Notes under the pieces: generated by a model
Databases searched by the model: none
Seen by the model: the letters and a program-made list of their open reading frames with translations, nothing else
Told to the model about the DNA's origin: nothing
Position numbers and translations under genes: made by a program
NCBI GenBank assembly: GCA_051362555.1
Contig: CM120640.1
Location: 1,426,001 to 1,490,000 of the forward strand
Length of the DNA stretch: 64,000 nucleotides
Reading direction: 5' to 3'
DNA from: Lingula anatina
Lineage: Eukaryota > Animalia > Brachiopoda
Shown here: one piece after another, positions 25,286-40,000 of the stretch
Layout of the letters: every line of letters begins with the position of its first letter
Position numbering within the stretch: the first letter of the stretch is position 1

Positions 25286-27001
25286 TTCATATTTCATGAA
25301 ATATTGGTTAGGAAGGCAATTGTGAACCATAAGGGGGGTGGGGTCTCAAAGAAGGGTATTAAAATTGCCCCTTTACTGAACTCTTCCCATCTAAATTTTG
25401 ACCCCCTGTATAAAGTAAGTTCAGAATGGACAGGAGTAGAGTAGAGGAAATACCACCCCTGAACAAAATTACACATATATATATAATTTCAGGAAAATAT
25501 TATAAGGTTTTTGCCTCACAGTTTGCCCCAATTCATTTCTCTTCCTTGGTATTGTGTAGAAGACCTTCCATAGACCCCCCCTAAGGTTACAACATTTAGT
25601 AAGAGATTTCATTGGAGTGCATTCTGGACAAAATTAAATGGGAATCCTCTGAGATGGCAACAAGTCTGGCATCTTAGTGTATCTCAGAAGATTTCCATTA
25701 CTGTAACAATGAGTTTTAGTAATTGCGTTTGTGCCATAACTTTACTTTAAGAAATGTGAACTTTACAACGTGCAAAAAGTTTCAGGAAGACTGGGTAAGA
25801 CTGTGAAATACTATTATATGAAATACTATACTGTACGCAGTAGATCAAAATGTCGTAGAAGACTGGAGACTGTGGCAATAATATCCATGGCTTGTTCCCT
25901 GTAGGTGAAAAGGTGTAAGTTATGCTCAAATTTAATCTGCATTTAATCTTCCTTAGAAATGCTAGAAGCAACTCTGTGACAGTGACTGTATAGTATTTGC
26001 TTTAATAAGTTTTATCATTCTTTGTAAGCGTACAGAAATAAATATGACCTATAAGCAAAATTTCAACAAAACTTGGAATACCTTCAAAGGATAAAAGTAT
26101 TATGTAGGTGACTGTGTAGAAAGTGCCAAGTTGTAAACAAAGAAACAGTTAAAGTTGCCTGAAAGTAGCCCATGAAATGCCATGATTTACTCATTTCTTG
26201 AAACCCTTTGTTTAAACTAATTTAGAAAAAAAAAACTTTTGGCATTCACCGACATGCAAAGGAAAAAATTGAACTGTATCCACTATCAAAACTAAAAGGG
26301 GCATGATGTTTGCCATTAATGTAAACTTTTTAGGAAGGCTTTCACATTTAATATGGATCATTCCTGTTTTGGTATACTTTTGTTATTTACTTTTTGCAGT
26401 ATACTTGGGACAGCTACCCACAAATGTAAAATATTTACATGATGTGAAGGCATTGACTTCCAGGATTAGTGTCTATTAATTGAATATTCTCTCATCTGAA
26501 AATGTGATATTGTGTAGTTATTTTTCTTTTGATAACTAAATGGTAATTATATTAGATACTTGGGGTAGATGATTTCTACTAAATTTGAAAATCTGTTAAG
26601 AGATACTGCTTTGTGTATTGAATGTGTAAGAATATTTTCTTAATATCAAACATTTTGTATTTGTGGTAAATTCTCTGCTGGTTAATTCAGCTTAAGACTA
26701 TAAGGAAAACTGTAAATTTGTGATGTCTTTTTCTTAATAGTGAACAGATATATAATCATTATTAAAGTAAGTCTGCATACTATTATATGTAGTTTTTTAT
26801 CACTGCAGCATGACCAACTCACCACCATTACTGCCTATAGAGAAATTGCATCCCACCTCCTCCTCCTTCCCCTCTGTTTAAATTCTCTCTCCAGCCAAAT
26901 CTTGAAGTCAAGGAAGCATCATGATACCCCCATGGTTTATACATGATTTCAGTTCTTGAAATTTATAAAGACATTGCTTTTAATGCCTATAAACACAAAT
27001 G

Positions 27002-30000
27002 AAACAAGGCAGCAAAGCTGTCAAATGTACAGACAAAAAGCAGGAAATAACAAAAAAGGCTACTGTCAATTCTGATGCAAAAGTACATTTTGTTAAACTG
27101 CAAATTCAACATCAAATTTTAATTATGCTCAACAGGTAAAATACATCTGTGTCTGTACATAAAAACGGCATTTCTTTAAAATAATGGCCCGATTATGCTG
27201 ATTTTTGAACTCAACCTGCGATTTAGCAGGAATGACCACTCCTGTGAGTTTAATGACAATTGGCCTATATGTTTTTCTTATATTGTGTTTACAGTGTTGC
27301 ATATATGCTGAAAAGTGAAAAAAAAAGCATAACTACTAAAATAGTGGCCCGATCATGCCGATTTTTGAACTTGACCTGCGTTTTAGTAAGATCAATTACT
27401 CTGCATTTTAGTCCTGTATTTCTTTTTGAAAGTTTGACAATCATAAGTAACATGGTTTTCCCATAATGGTCATCTTGGCAGCAGCACCCAAAATTGTGTT
27501 TTCTTCTATTCTGATGCAATATTACATAATGGTTAACAGCAAAATGACCGTTAATTTTTAATAATAAAATACACGTATCATGGATTTTCAGAAAATGTGA
27601 CTAGCATGGGTCTTCAAGCCCGTGGAACATGCCGATTTTCGAACTTGACCTGTGTTATAGTAAGATCAATTACTCCTGTGATTTTCATGACAACAGGCCT
27701 AACGGTTTTCCTTAAAATGTGTTTACAGTGTTGGATATATGCTGAAAAGTGAAAAAACAGCATAACTTCTACAATAATGGCCCGATCATGCTGATTTTTT
27801 AACTTGACCTGCGTTTTATGAATATTCATCAGCTCTGTAAATATACAGCCAAAAAGTAAAACTGCCTTCCACTTATCATGTTTACAATGAAAGTGCACGG
27901 TGTCGGCACCGGCGACGACGGCGACGACAGACGCAGGTGATGGCAATATGTACAGACACATCTGTACATATTTACTGTACTGTTTGAGAACAGTAAGTGA
28001 CATGGTTTTTCTTAAATGGTCATCATGGGAGCAGTGCCCAAAATGGTTTTTTTTCAAATTTTGATGCAATATTACATAATGTTTAACAGCATAATGACCA
28101 TCAATTTTTAATAATAAAATATTAGTATCATGGATATTCAGAAAATGTGACTAGCAAAGGTCTTCAGGCCCATGGAACTTCAAAGTTACAACTTGAAAAT
28201 GCCAGAATGTAAACAAGACAGCACTGTTCTGAAATGTTTTTTTTCTTTCCATTTTTAACACTTTTTTTAACATAAAACAAAATTAACAGGTTACTGCCAT
28301 TTTTATACGATCAACTAAGAAAATTGATGAGATGGGAAAAATATCAATACAACAGTGTTAAATGTCCAATTTCCTCCATTCTGAGATTCTGAACATAGTG
28401 AATGATTGAATCTGACAAACTGCAATGATATGAGTTTATTTCCATTTTGGAAACTTTATTACACAATACACGATAACAAGTTTACCATCATTTTTACATA
28501 ATCAACTAACAATGTTGTAAAGATGCAGGAAATGTCAAACAAACACTTTTACGTATCTTATTAGTTCATTAATGAGACTGTTAACATGCCTAACAGTTGA
28601 ATCTGAGGAAATTTGAAAAAACAGCATAACTTCTAAAATAATGGCCCGATTATGCTGATTTTCGAACTCAACCTGCGTTTTAGTAAGATTGACCACTCTT
28701 GTGAGTTAAATGACAATTGGCCTATCTGTTTTTCTTATATTGTGTTTACAGTGTTGTATATATGCTGAAAAATGAAAAAACAGCATAACTACTAAAATAG
28801 TGGCCCGATCATGCCGATTTTCGAACTTGACCTACGTTTTAGTAAGATTGATTACTCCTGTGAGTTTCATGACAACAGGCCTAACGGTTTTCCTTAAAAT
28901 GTGTTTACAGGGTTGCATATATGCTGAAAAGTGAAAAAACAGCATAACTTCTACAATAATGGCCCGATCATGCTGGTTTTCGAACTTGACCTGCGTTTTA
29001 TGAATATTCATCAGCTCTGTAAATATTAAGCCAAAAAGTAAAACTGCCCTCCACTTATCGTGTTTACAAGGAAAGTGCAAGGCGCCGGCATCGGCATCGG
29101 CGACGGCGACGACAGACGCAGGTGATGGCAATATGTACAGACACATCTGTGTCTGTACATAAAAAGTTAGGGCACAAAGTTCTGTAGAACAGTGGAAGAG
29201 CATATCTCTGGAGTGTTCAAATCCAATCCCAAGGACTTGTGCCAGTTATAAATCCAACACAAAAGCAATGAGGTGGATAAATATATATTTCCATTAACAG
29301 GCTTCCTCATTTAATAATACAATTAAATGAGTTCTTTATTATACATTAAATAATGGCCTATCATGCCTATGTATCGAAAGCACTGCACTAAAAAGATCCA
29401 CTGTAAAGTTGTGAGCAAGTGCAGGTTCAAACAATTCAATCTGAAGGAATATTAAACAAATTCCTTCTCTACACAAACATTTTTTTTAGAAAATGTACTT
29501 GGTGCTTAATATATTTTCTAGAAGTAATTAATTTGCGAAAAATGTCTGCATTTTCTACTGAAATGTGCACATGATACGACATAACTGTGCAATCTTTATA
29601 ACTATGTCTGCATCAAACAGAAACAAGGCAGCAAAGCTGTCAAATGTACAGACAAAAAACAGGAAATAACTATGCACAAAATAGGCTACTGTCAATTCTG
29701 ATGCAAAATTTTAATGATTGAATCTGACAAACTGCAATTATATGAGTTTATTTCCATTTTTGAAACTTTATTACACAATACACGATAACAAGTTTACCAT
29801 CATTTTTACATAATCAACTAATAATGTTGTAAAGATGCAGGAAATGCCAAACAAACACTTTTACGTATCTTATTAATTAAATAATGAAACTGTTAACATG
29901 CCTAAGAAATGAATCTGAGGAAATGTGAAAAAACGGCATTTCTTTGAAATAATGGCCCGATTAAGCTGATTTTTGAACTCAACCTGCGTTTTAGCAGGAA

Positions 30001-32954
30001 TGACCACTCCTGTGAGTTTCATGACAATTGGCCCATCTGTTTTTCTTATATTGTATTTACTGTGTTGCATATATGCTGAAAAGTGAAGAAAAAAGCATAA
30101 CTACTAAAACAGTGGCCCGATCATGCCGATTTTCGAACCTGACCTGCATTATAATAAGATCGATTACTCCTGTGAGTTTCATGACAACAGGCCTATCAGT
30201 TTTCCTTGAAATGTGTTTACAGTGTTGCATTTATGCTGAAAAGTTAAAAAACAGCATAACTTCCCTTAAAATGGCCCGATCATGCTGATTTTCGAACTTG
30301 ACCTGCGTTTTATGAATATTCATCAGCTCTGTAAATATTAAGCCAAAAAGTAAAACTGCCCTCCACTTATCGTGTTTACAAGGAAAGTGCACGGCGACGG
30401 CATCGGCATCGGCATCGGCGACGACAGACGCAGGTGATGACAATATGTACAGACACATCTGTGTCTGTACATAAAAATGTGACTAGCAAAGGTCTTCAGG
30501 CCCATGGAACTTCAAAGTCACATCTTGAAAATGCCAAAATGTAAACAAGACAGCACTCTTCTGAAATGGGTTTATTTCCGTTTTTAACACTTTTTTAACA
30601 TAAAACAAAATAAACATTTTACTGCCATTTTTTTATGACCAACTAAGAAAATTGATGAGATGAGAAAAGTATCAATAGAATAGTGTTAAATGTCCAATTT
30701 CCTCCATTCTGAGATTCTGAACATAGTGGATGATTGAATCTGACAAACTGCAATGATATGAGTTTATTTCCGTTTTTGACACTTGATTACACAATACATG
30801 ATAACAAGTTTACCATCATTTTTATATAATCAACTAACAATGTTGTAAAGATGCAGGAAATGTCAAACAAACACTTTTACGTATCTTATTACTTAAATAA
30901 TAAGGCTTTTAACATGCCTAAGAATTAAATCTGAGGAAATCTGAGGAAATGTGAAAAAACAGCATAACTTCTAAAATAATGCCCCGATTATGCTGATTTT
31001 TGAACTCAACCTGCGTTTTAGTAAGACTGACCATTCCTGTGAGTTTAATGACAATTGGGCTTTCTGTTTTTCTTATATTGTGTTTACAGTGTTGCATATA
31101 TGCTTAACAATGAAAAAACCCGCATAACTACTAAAATAGTGGCCCGATCATGCTGATTTTCGAACTTGACCTGCGTTTTAGTAAGATTGATTACTCCTGT
31201 GAGTTTCGTGACAACAAGCCTAACGGTTTTCCTTGAAATGTGTTTACAAGGTTGCATATATGCTGAAAAGTGAAAAAACAGCATAACTTCTACAATAATG
31301 GCCCGATCATGCTGATTTTCGAACTTGACCTGCGTTTTATGAATATTCATCAGCTCTGTAAATATAAAGCCAAAAAGTGAAACTGCCTTCCACTTATCGT
31401 GTTTACAAGGAAAGTGCACGGCGCCGGCGACGGCATCGGCATCGCCATCGGCATCGGCGACGACAGACGCAGGTGATGGCAATATGTACAGACACATCTG
31501 TGTCTGTACATAAAAAAAGCATAACTACTAAAATAGTGGCCCGATCATGCCGATTTTCGAACTTGACCTGCATTTTATGAATATTCATCAGCTCTGTAAA
31601 TATACAGCCAAAAAGTAAAACTGCCTTCCACTTATCGTGTTTACAATGAAAGTGCATGGCGCCGGCGACAGCGACAGTGACGGCAACGACGGCGACGACA
31701 GACGCAGGTGATGGCAATATGTACAGACACATCTGTACATATGAACTGTACTGTTTGAGAACAGTAAGTGACATGGTTTTTCTTAAATGGTCATCATGGG
31801 AGCAGTGCCCAAAATAGGTTTTTTTCAAATTTTGACGCAATATTACATAATGTTTAACAGCATAATGATCATCAATTTTTAATAATTAAATATTAGTATC
31901 ATGGACAAATAGTAAACGTGACTAACAAAGGTTTTAAGGCCGATGGAACTTCAAAGTCACACCTTCAAAATGCCAAAATGTAAACAAGACCGCACTGTTC
32001 TGAAATGGGTTTATTTCCATTTTTAACACTTTTTTAACATAAAACAAAATTAATAGGTTACTGCCATTTTTATAAGATCAACTAAGAAAATTGATGAGAT
32101 GTGAAAAATATCAATAGAACAGTGTTAAATGTCCAATTTCTTCCATTCTGAGATTCTGAACATAGTGAATGATTGAATCTGACAAACTGCAATGATATGA
32201 GTTTATTTCCATTTTTGACACTTTATTACACAATACACGATAACAACTTTACCATCATTTTTACATAATCAACTAACAATGTTGTAAAGATGCAGGAAAT
32301 GTCAAACAAACACTTTTACGTATCTTATTACTTAAATAATAAGGCTATTAACATGCCTAAGAATTAAATCTGAGGAAATCTGAGGAAATGTGAAAAAACA
32401 GCATAACTTCTAAAATAATAGCCCGATTATGCTGATTTTCGAACTCAACCTGCATTCTAGTAAGACTGACCATTCCTGTGAGTTTAATGACAATTGGGCT
32501 TACTGTTTTTCTTATATTGTGTTTACAGTGTTGCATATATGCTGAACAATGAAAAAACCACATAACTACTAAAATAGTGGCCCGATCATGCTGATTTTCG
32601 AACTTGACCTGCGTTTTTGTAAGATTGATTATTCCTGTGAGTGTCATGACAACAGGCCTAACGGTTTTCCTTTAAATGTGTTTACAAGGTTGCATATATG
32701 CTGAAAAGTGAAAAAACAGCATAACTTCTACAATAATGGCCCGATCATGCTGATTTTCGAACTTGACCTGCGTTTTATGAATATTCATCAGCTCTGTAAA
32801 TATAAAGCCAAAAAGTAAAACTGCCTTCCACTTATCGTGTTTACAAGGAAAGTGCACGGCGACGGCATCGGCATCGGCATCGCCATCGGCGACGGCGACG
32901 ACAGACGCAGGTGATGGCAATATGTACAGACACATCTGTGTCTGTACATAAAAA
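27002..32954 (+). mobile_element. Compound array of non-autonomous Helentron-type (HINE/DINE-like) elements containing ~159-bp satellite monomers
   Basis: Left ends AACAAGGCAGCAAAGCTGTCAAATGTACAGAC (~27003, ~29622); monomers with GAACTTGACCTGCG spaced 159-160 bp; (GAC/GGC/ATCGGC)n microsatellite followed by the palindrome ATGTACAGACACA-TC-TGTGTCTGTACAT and an A-run at ~29133, 30445, 31484 and 32922 (truncated versions at ~27143, 27948, 31719). Confidence 0.82.
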
Positions 32955-34039
32955 GACACTTATTTGTTTTAAATGTACTTACATCTCAGTAGGAATGACA
33001 CATTTATTTTTGTTACATGAACAATAGCTGCACTGGAAGTTTTAGGCTCCCCACACCAATAAAGAAGGTATCTAGAGACCCCCTTTGAATGACTTGACAT
33101 ATAACAGAAAGGTGGAGAAAAAAAAAATAAACGAAAGAATTTCTGGAGCACATATTGGATTTTCCTATAATTAGGTCACTGATGCAAATAAAAGTTTGTT
33201 AAATAATCCTTCAGAAACATAAGGCTTGAAATTAAAGAAATGAATAAATGAAAAGAAAATAGTAAATGTCACCAACTGACTAGTAGTTAACATTAAATAA
33301 ATGGCACTGCCATTAGTTTCATTTCACTGAACAAACTTAACAAAATGGTGTGACACTTATACACCTAACAAAATTTTACTTCTACTTTCACATAAATAAT
33401 TGGTCAATTTTTCTTCATTTTTTTGCTAATAATTGACAACACTGTCTCTCTTTTACTAGTACCTATTTTTGGATTTAAAAAACCAAATCCAACTGAACTA
33501 AATTAATAATTTAGTTTTTAGTCTTTAACATTTAGCTCTCCCTATTCTGGGAAAATCAAACACTAAGACATAGATGTACACACCATAAAGCAACCAATTC
33601 CTGAGTTAGCACTGAAAACTAGTTCACTTAAAAAGAACAGAGGCCAAAAAAGAGAACTACCATAAGTTATTTGCAAAACTAAATGGAAAATATACAAAAG
33701 GAAATAAAAATAACAGAAAAACTGAAAATAATGTATTACAAAATTGGGACACGACCAGAGTAAAAATTTATAGGTAAAAGTTCCACATTTAAGGACAATC
33801 TCAAAATATCACTCATCTTTGTGCCTTTTAACATGGCATTGAAGAACTATGATCTTACAGTTTGTTTAAGAAAAGATCTTTTACTTCCAATCTATTCAAG
33901 TAAAGTATAACTGGATTATAAATGCTGTACATAAGCAATTATGCAGGATAATGAGATGTGGCCCACACATTATAACATCCAAGCAGTAGTCTGTCTAAAA
34001 TACGGTTTCCTCAAAACATAGAGGCTGTACTGGATAGCG

Positions 34040-37000
34040 TTAACGGAGCCCATTGATATCTCCATTGCTCTCATCATGGTCGCCATTACTTGTAACCTCC
34101 TGGTGGACATCACCATTAGCAACCTCATTAGGTATAGAGTCATGTGACACAGTGGCCTTCCCCTTGGTATTCTGTAGCCAGACCTTACTGGAGAGATTGT
34201 ACATGGAGTAATAGGGATCCCCTGTGACTTCCTTCACTATATCCAGAAAACTGGGCAAGTCTAATGGCTCCATTGCTGGGATAGTGCTATACGTCTCCAG
34301 GAGAATCAGCCCTTTACACCTGAAATTTGAAACAATGTTATAAAACATGAAAATATCTTAATTCATTTCTACCTTAGTTGTTTGAAGTATTAAAATACAT
34401 CCAATTTCTCAAAATGTGACCCAGGCTACCTCTTCCAGTTCTCTCACCTTTCTTGACACGGCTCCTTGTACAGATCCATCTGATAATATTGATCATTCCA
34501 CAGAAAACAGCGCCTTGTCTTGTAGATGGTCTGATGCTTCTCGTCTATCTGAGCCAGGAGGTTCTGAGAAATAACAAATGAAACAATTTGACAGATTTTA
34601 CTGTGCATTTAACAAATTTCAGAATGGTTCTACCAAGCTGAATACTTGCAGAATTGATAATTACATTTTTATGAGCTAAATTTCAGCAATTAACATAAAT
34701 AAAATAAGTCTACAGTATTTTGTGCAGAATTTATATTATATAAACTAAAAACTGTGAAGTGAAACTAAATGTCCACTGAAGGCAATCAAAGGAAACTTAC
34801 AAAACAACAAGTGTATAAATTTAAGTCTCTAGGATTCCTCTCACAAAACAACTTGATTCAATAATTAGTCTTAGACTGCCAAATATTTTAGCCGACTTAA
34901 TGATGGAGAATGTATCACAGAGACCCTAAACAGCCACTTGCCTATTTCTTAGTCTTTTAATAACTGAGCCCCTGGAATAAACTGATTGTCAGAACAATGA
35001 TTTGCACTCTCAACTGTCACTAATTTATTAGGGTATCCAATGACAACTGCCTTTACTGTCGGCCAGACTTTCATAACCTATATAGTGGGGTTACCCTACA
35101 TGCAACTGACTGGCCCAGTCTAGAAAATAGGCTAAACAAAAAACTCATTTCTGAATCAGTGCCTTACTGTGTAGTCCCTTGACGTGATGTGCATCTTGGT
35201 CTCTGCACTCTCGTTATTCTGCAGATAGCGACGTATGGTGTGAGTATATGTCCAGTTACCTGATACAAACAAAAATGAAGATGTGTCAAATAGTGAATTG
35301 TTCAACTGGGGCCACAGCAATAGTATAAAGGTTCAATATTTCGAAGGTTCATTGGTCCGAATATTCACTATAGAATCCTTGATTAAAAAAACAATGAAAA
35401 TGTTATCATTTTTTGGACCAATGAACCTTCAGACTATCAAGACGCCCCCTCAGTATGGAATACAAGCCTCTCTTTACAAAGAGAAGTATTTTAGAAACTT
35501 TAACTTGCACAATGTTCAATTTTATATGCCAATTCAGCATTCGTAGTCAGTTTTACCATTTTGCCCTCGTTTCCGTATTCTGGCCTGGGTTTTCTGGCCA
35601 GGGGTGGCCAGGTAGTCATGAACAACATCAAAATCTTGAAACTGAGGATAACCCTGGAATGAAAAAATACTTCATGATTTAAGAAAAAAATCTTGAAACC
35701 AAGGATAACTTTGGGATGAAAAAGTAAAGAGGTTCAATTTTAAAGTTAAAACATAAATAACAGTTTCTTCCCCCTTTCACCACTCAATAATTAATTAATA
35801 TTTTAAATTTCAACCTCTGTGTAATTATATTCTAACCAATAGATTTTACAGATGACAGAAAAACTCAAATATTTAACCTAATCACAACTTATGAATACAC
35901 TAATTTTCAACCCCCCCCCCCCCCAACCCTCCCCCCCCCCCCCCTGACCCAGGGTGCCACTCTCCACAGCAATCAGTCAGTGCAGGTTAAAGTCTCTGTC
36001 ATACCTGGCGTAATGAGGTACATATGAGTTGCATATGAGCATATTAATTTACCTGGTGTATGAAGTAGGGATTCATGAAGCAGATGAGACGCCATTTAGT
36101 GACTAAGTCAGAAAATGTGGCGCGGTGTCCAAGGTGCCACCAATGATGTTATTGAATCCAAAAAAAAGTTTTAAATAGTTGGAAAAATCTCATCCCTGAT
36201 GAAATTGACTTTGGGCATGTTCAAAACATTTTAGCGCCCTCCTGGTATAAAAATGTACACCAGAGTTTGCCTGTGTATTCGATATGTATATGACGTAAGT
36301 CTAATGAACCTCTTACGTTTGTCTGCTTATGGGCAATCTTACGTTATTGCCATACGCCAGGTTTGACAGTGCCTTAAGATACTAATGTGCAATTAGAAAT
36401 GTTTTAAGAGTGAAGTAAGTTGGTAAACACTCATGGACAGCAAGAATGTGACGATACTACAAAACTCACCAGTAAACGAGGAAAAAACGCAAGTCTTGTG
36501 AAGTGTCCAGGTGATTGTAATCAAGGAAACTTATAAGACAAGCTGAAGTCTTGTGCTCACTACTGGGCCCATACCATTATGTAAATATTTTGCAACTGCC
36601 TATTACCAAATTAATAAACTACATTTCTTTTTATCCATTTGAAAAAAAAAAAAAAAAGAAAGAAAGATTGTGGTTCAAGAAAAATCATGATAGAATGAGC
36701 CCAGTGTGACGTCACAAAAAAATTGTCAAACAAAAGGAACAAACACCGGAATGCAGGTTCACAGATAAGAAGACAGGGGGAGAAAATGGCCGCCTGATTC
36801 TGGTCCTCTCCTCTCCATCTGGATCACTGCTTACTGCTGAGAAGAACAACATTGCAAACTCAACAGGGCCACTACTTACCTTAGTCTCTGCACTGGCAGC
36901 CATGTCTATCGCCTAGATGAAATAGGAAAAGTCACACATTGGGCAGGAGCAGACACTAATCACACGCAAGCACTGCAAACAACATGCCCCGCAATCGTGT

Positions 37001-40000
37001 TACAGGTTGCCAAAATAATTAAGTGAATGCAGTGTCAGAAAATGAAATAATTTTTTTATATAAAAACCAGCCTTGAAGTTGAAAATCCCTGTGTTATAGC
37101 AGGCAGTTAGAATTTAAGTGATTGAGATCAGTGTGAGAAAGATATGAAAACTACTTTATCTGTTCTTAGCAAAAAAATTAAAATTTTTAATGGTACATCT
37201 ATTAACCTATTGTGTCATTCCAAACTAGTTATCTTTAGTCTGAAGTAGGGAACTTACAACTCAGAAAACATCTTAGTTAAGTTACGTGTAACAAACTTGG
37301 GATCAGTAAATGTAGTGTTATTACTAGACTAAGTACATATTTTATAAAAAGAAATGATCACTATTGGAAACATCTGAACTAGTTTAAACTTGGAAAACAA
37401 ACTATACCCACTCAATAGTATGCTGCTTTGAAAAATGTTAATAAAACAGATGTGGCAAAAAATCTCCAACGTGAAAAAAAAGGGTTTCTCACACATCAAC
37501 GGAGCTTTATAATATGATTAGAATCTAGCATAATTCAAAGGTGCAAAATCAGCAACACTCTGCTTGCAATTAAGTTATTTTTTAAAAAGTAAGATGCCAA
37601 ACCACACCAGGCCAGAGCTGTTCTCTCTGTTAGTAGTTCCCATACCTCCAGACTTGGAAGCTCTCTCACCAAGAACTTCCTCTTCTTACTGTTCACGTTG
37701 AGCCTTTCCCTGAAGTCCATACCCAGACGATCTGTTACTGTCTGAAAAAGATATGAAAATTTGAAACAGTGGTTGAACACCTCATTAAGAATTTATAAAG
37801 CCTTATCATTTGTGGAGTTTGAAGTCAAGTGATGTCTCTATGAAGAGTTCAATAATTGCCTATTAGGCAAACCTGATTTGCCAGGCAGTGTTGTCAGATT
37901 AATGCAACCTGACAGGAAGAATTCAAAGCTAAAACAGACACACAGATACACAGAAAAGATGACAGAGGTAATAAAAAAACTCACTGATATCATGCGTATA
38001 AGTTTGGCTTCAAAATCAGTGGAGTTGTCAATAACATCATAATATGGGTGTCCAACCCAAGCCTACAAAAGAAAATATATACAGGTAATTAAACATCAAT
38101 AATTTTTTTTTCTTTTTTTTTCTTCTTTTAACTGAATTATGGTAATACAATAGTCAGATAAATAAACCAATGACGAATATGATTCAATCTTTCAATGAGA
38201 AAAAAACTAAAATTCCAGCTGTCAATTTGAAAAATTCCAGCTTAGTTTGAAAGCACTTAGACTTATTTTGATGAGACAAAAGTTGATAAAAAAGCAGGAC
38301 TGAAGAAATACGTTTTTTTTTTTTCTGTTCCCCACCCATATTTTTCTTTCATTTTCCTCGACCACAAGGATGAGCATACACCTGTTGTCTTATTATTAGT
38401 CCCATTTGTTCAGGAGTTGATGTATCTTTCAACTCTACCAACCTGGGAGGCCATATCATCAAGATTTCGTGCTACATCTGGAGATTCATATCGCACGGCG
38501 TGCTCTGTGGAATAAAACTTCTCGGCACCCTTGGCTGCAGTGACCATGTGGATCACCTGGTTATATCTGAAATAACACTCGGAAACGTCACTCTTCATAT
38601 TGTTCTGCTGGTGTGCAGCAAGTGTAAATAAAAATAGTAGTCAAGTTTTAGTCATATATAATAAAATTAAGAAATTCTTGAAATTAGACAAAACATTTAA
38701 ACCAGACCCAGTACAATTCAATATTTTGTGAGAATATTGTAATCTTTACAGCATTTCATATTTTTTGCATTCTGCTTTTCTTGTCTGAACACAGATTATC
38801 TTAAAGAAAAAAATGCCAAGCACAAAGGGGCATTAAAAGAAAAAGAAAACCCACAAATACCTGTTATCTCTCAGCTCTATCTCATTCCAGCCATTTTTCA
38901 TCTTCATCTCTTCCCACTGTTCTGGCTTCATGTCTGATGAAGAGAGCAGACGACAACATGAAAGCTTTGATCAGTCTACAGGTACAGCCCAGAAAAACTA
39001 ATGTTTCTGAAGAGTCACATGTGCACCAATCAATTTTTCATTTCTTAAACCTGACCCTTTAACTTTTTGATCAGCAACTTGAGACTGTTTTTCCTAATGG
39101 AGATCTACTGACAGTGCTTGGACAAACATCAGTGACAATAGAAAACTATCTGCTTCCAGTGCTGAGCACTCACTGGGGTGGACAGGGAGAGACACTCTCT
39201 GGTTAACAGTAACTCACAAAGTGAAGAAAAAAAGGGCGATTATGCCCTAATGTAACATAAACAGGAAAATTTACTACCCGTCACAAGATCTCAATAAGTT
39301 TGCTTTCTGCTGTTTTGTGAAGTGAATTCATTGGCTGTGCAGAGGATTATAATAATTTTAGTTCCTATATGTATTACCCTGCAGGTTTTGAAGCTGTCGA
39401 TCTCTAAAAGTGAACAGGTACAAACTGTATTGTTAATGTATACTGCTCAATGTCCAAAGGACTTAAATTGCCACCATGTTTGATACTTACAAGCTGTAGC
39501 GTCCATGATGCCTCTGTCGCAGATAATAAGGCAGTTCTTGGTGCTCATCTGTGCCAACTCGCAGTACGTCTTCTCTATCTGCATCATACACTTGATAAGA
39601 TTCTCTTGAAACTGGAAAACTGGAATCAAATACATTAAAACTTTAACAATACAAGGATGTGTCTACTTTATCAAATACTTTAAAACAAAATTCACTTTTT
39701 TTCTAAAAAAAAAAAACTGCAGTGTAGATTTCCTTACAAATCTGATGTTTGAAAAAAAAAATGATTAGGTCAAACAATTCTGACATCTTCAATTTCTGTA
39801 AGTCAACAGGATCTTTTTTCATTAATTGGTTTCTCTTTTTTCTGATACCAGTTTAAGTAGGGATGATAAATGAGATGATCAATAAAATAGTTCAAACTGA
39901 TTAGAAATGTAATCCACCCCTACGTTTTGTTAATCAGTAGTATTAAAACCAGTAACATTTTATACATAATATGTATTGCATTATTTACAGATAGATACAT

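Noticed and set aside
27002-32954. CRISPR-like array, or the repeated ORFs (e.g. 27614-28069, 31084-31497) as a protein family
   Set aside because: The context is eukaryotic, the spacers are not unique and there are no cas genes. The ORFs are chance translations of satellite monomers with frequent stops and frame changes.
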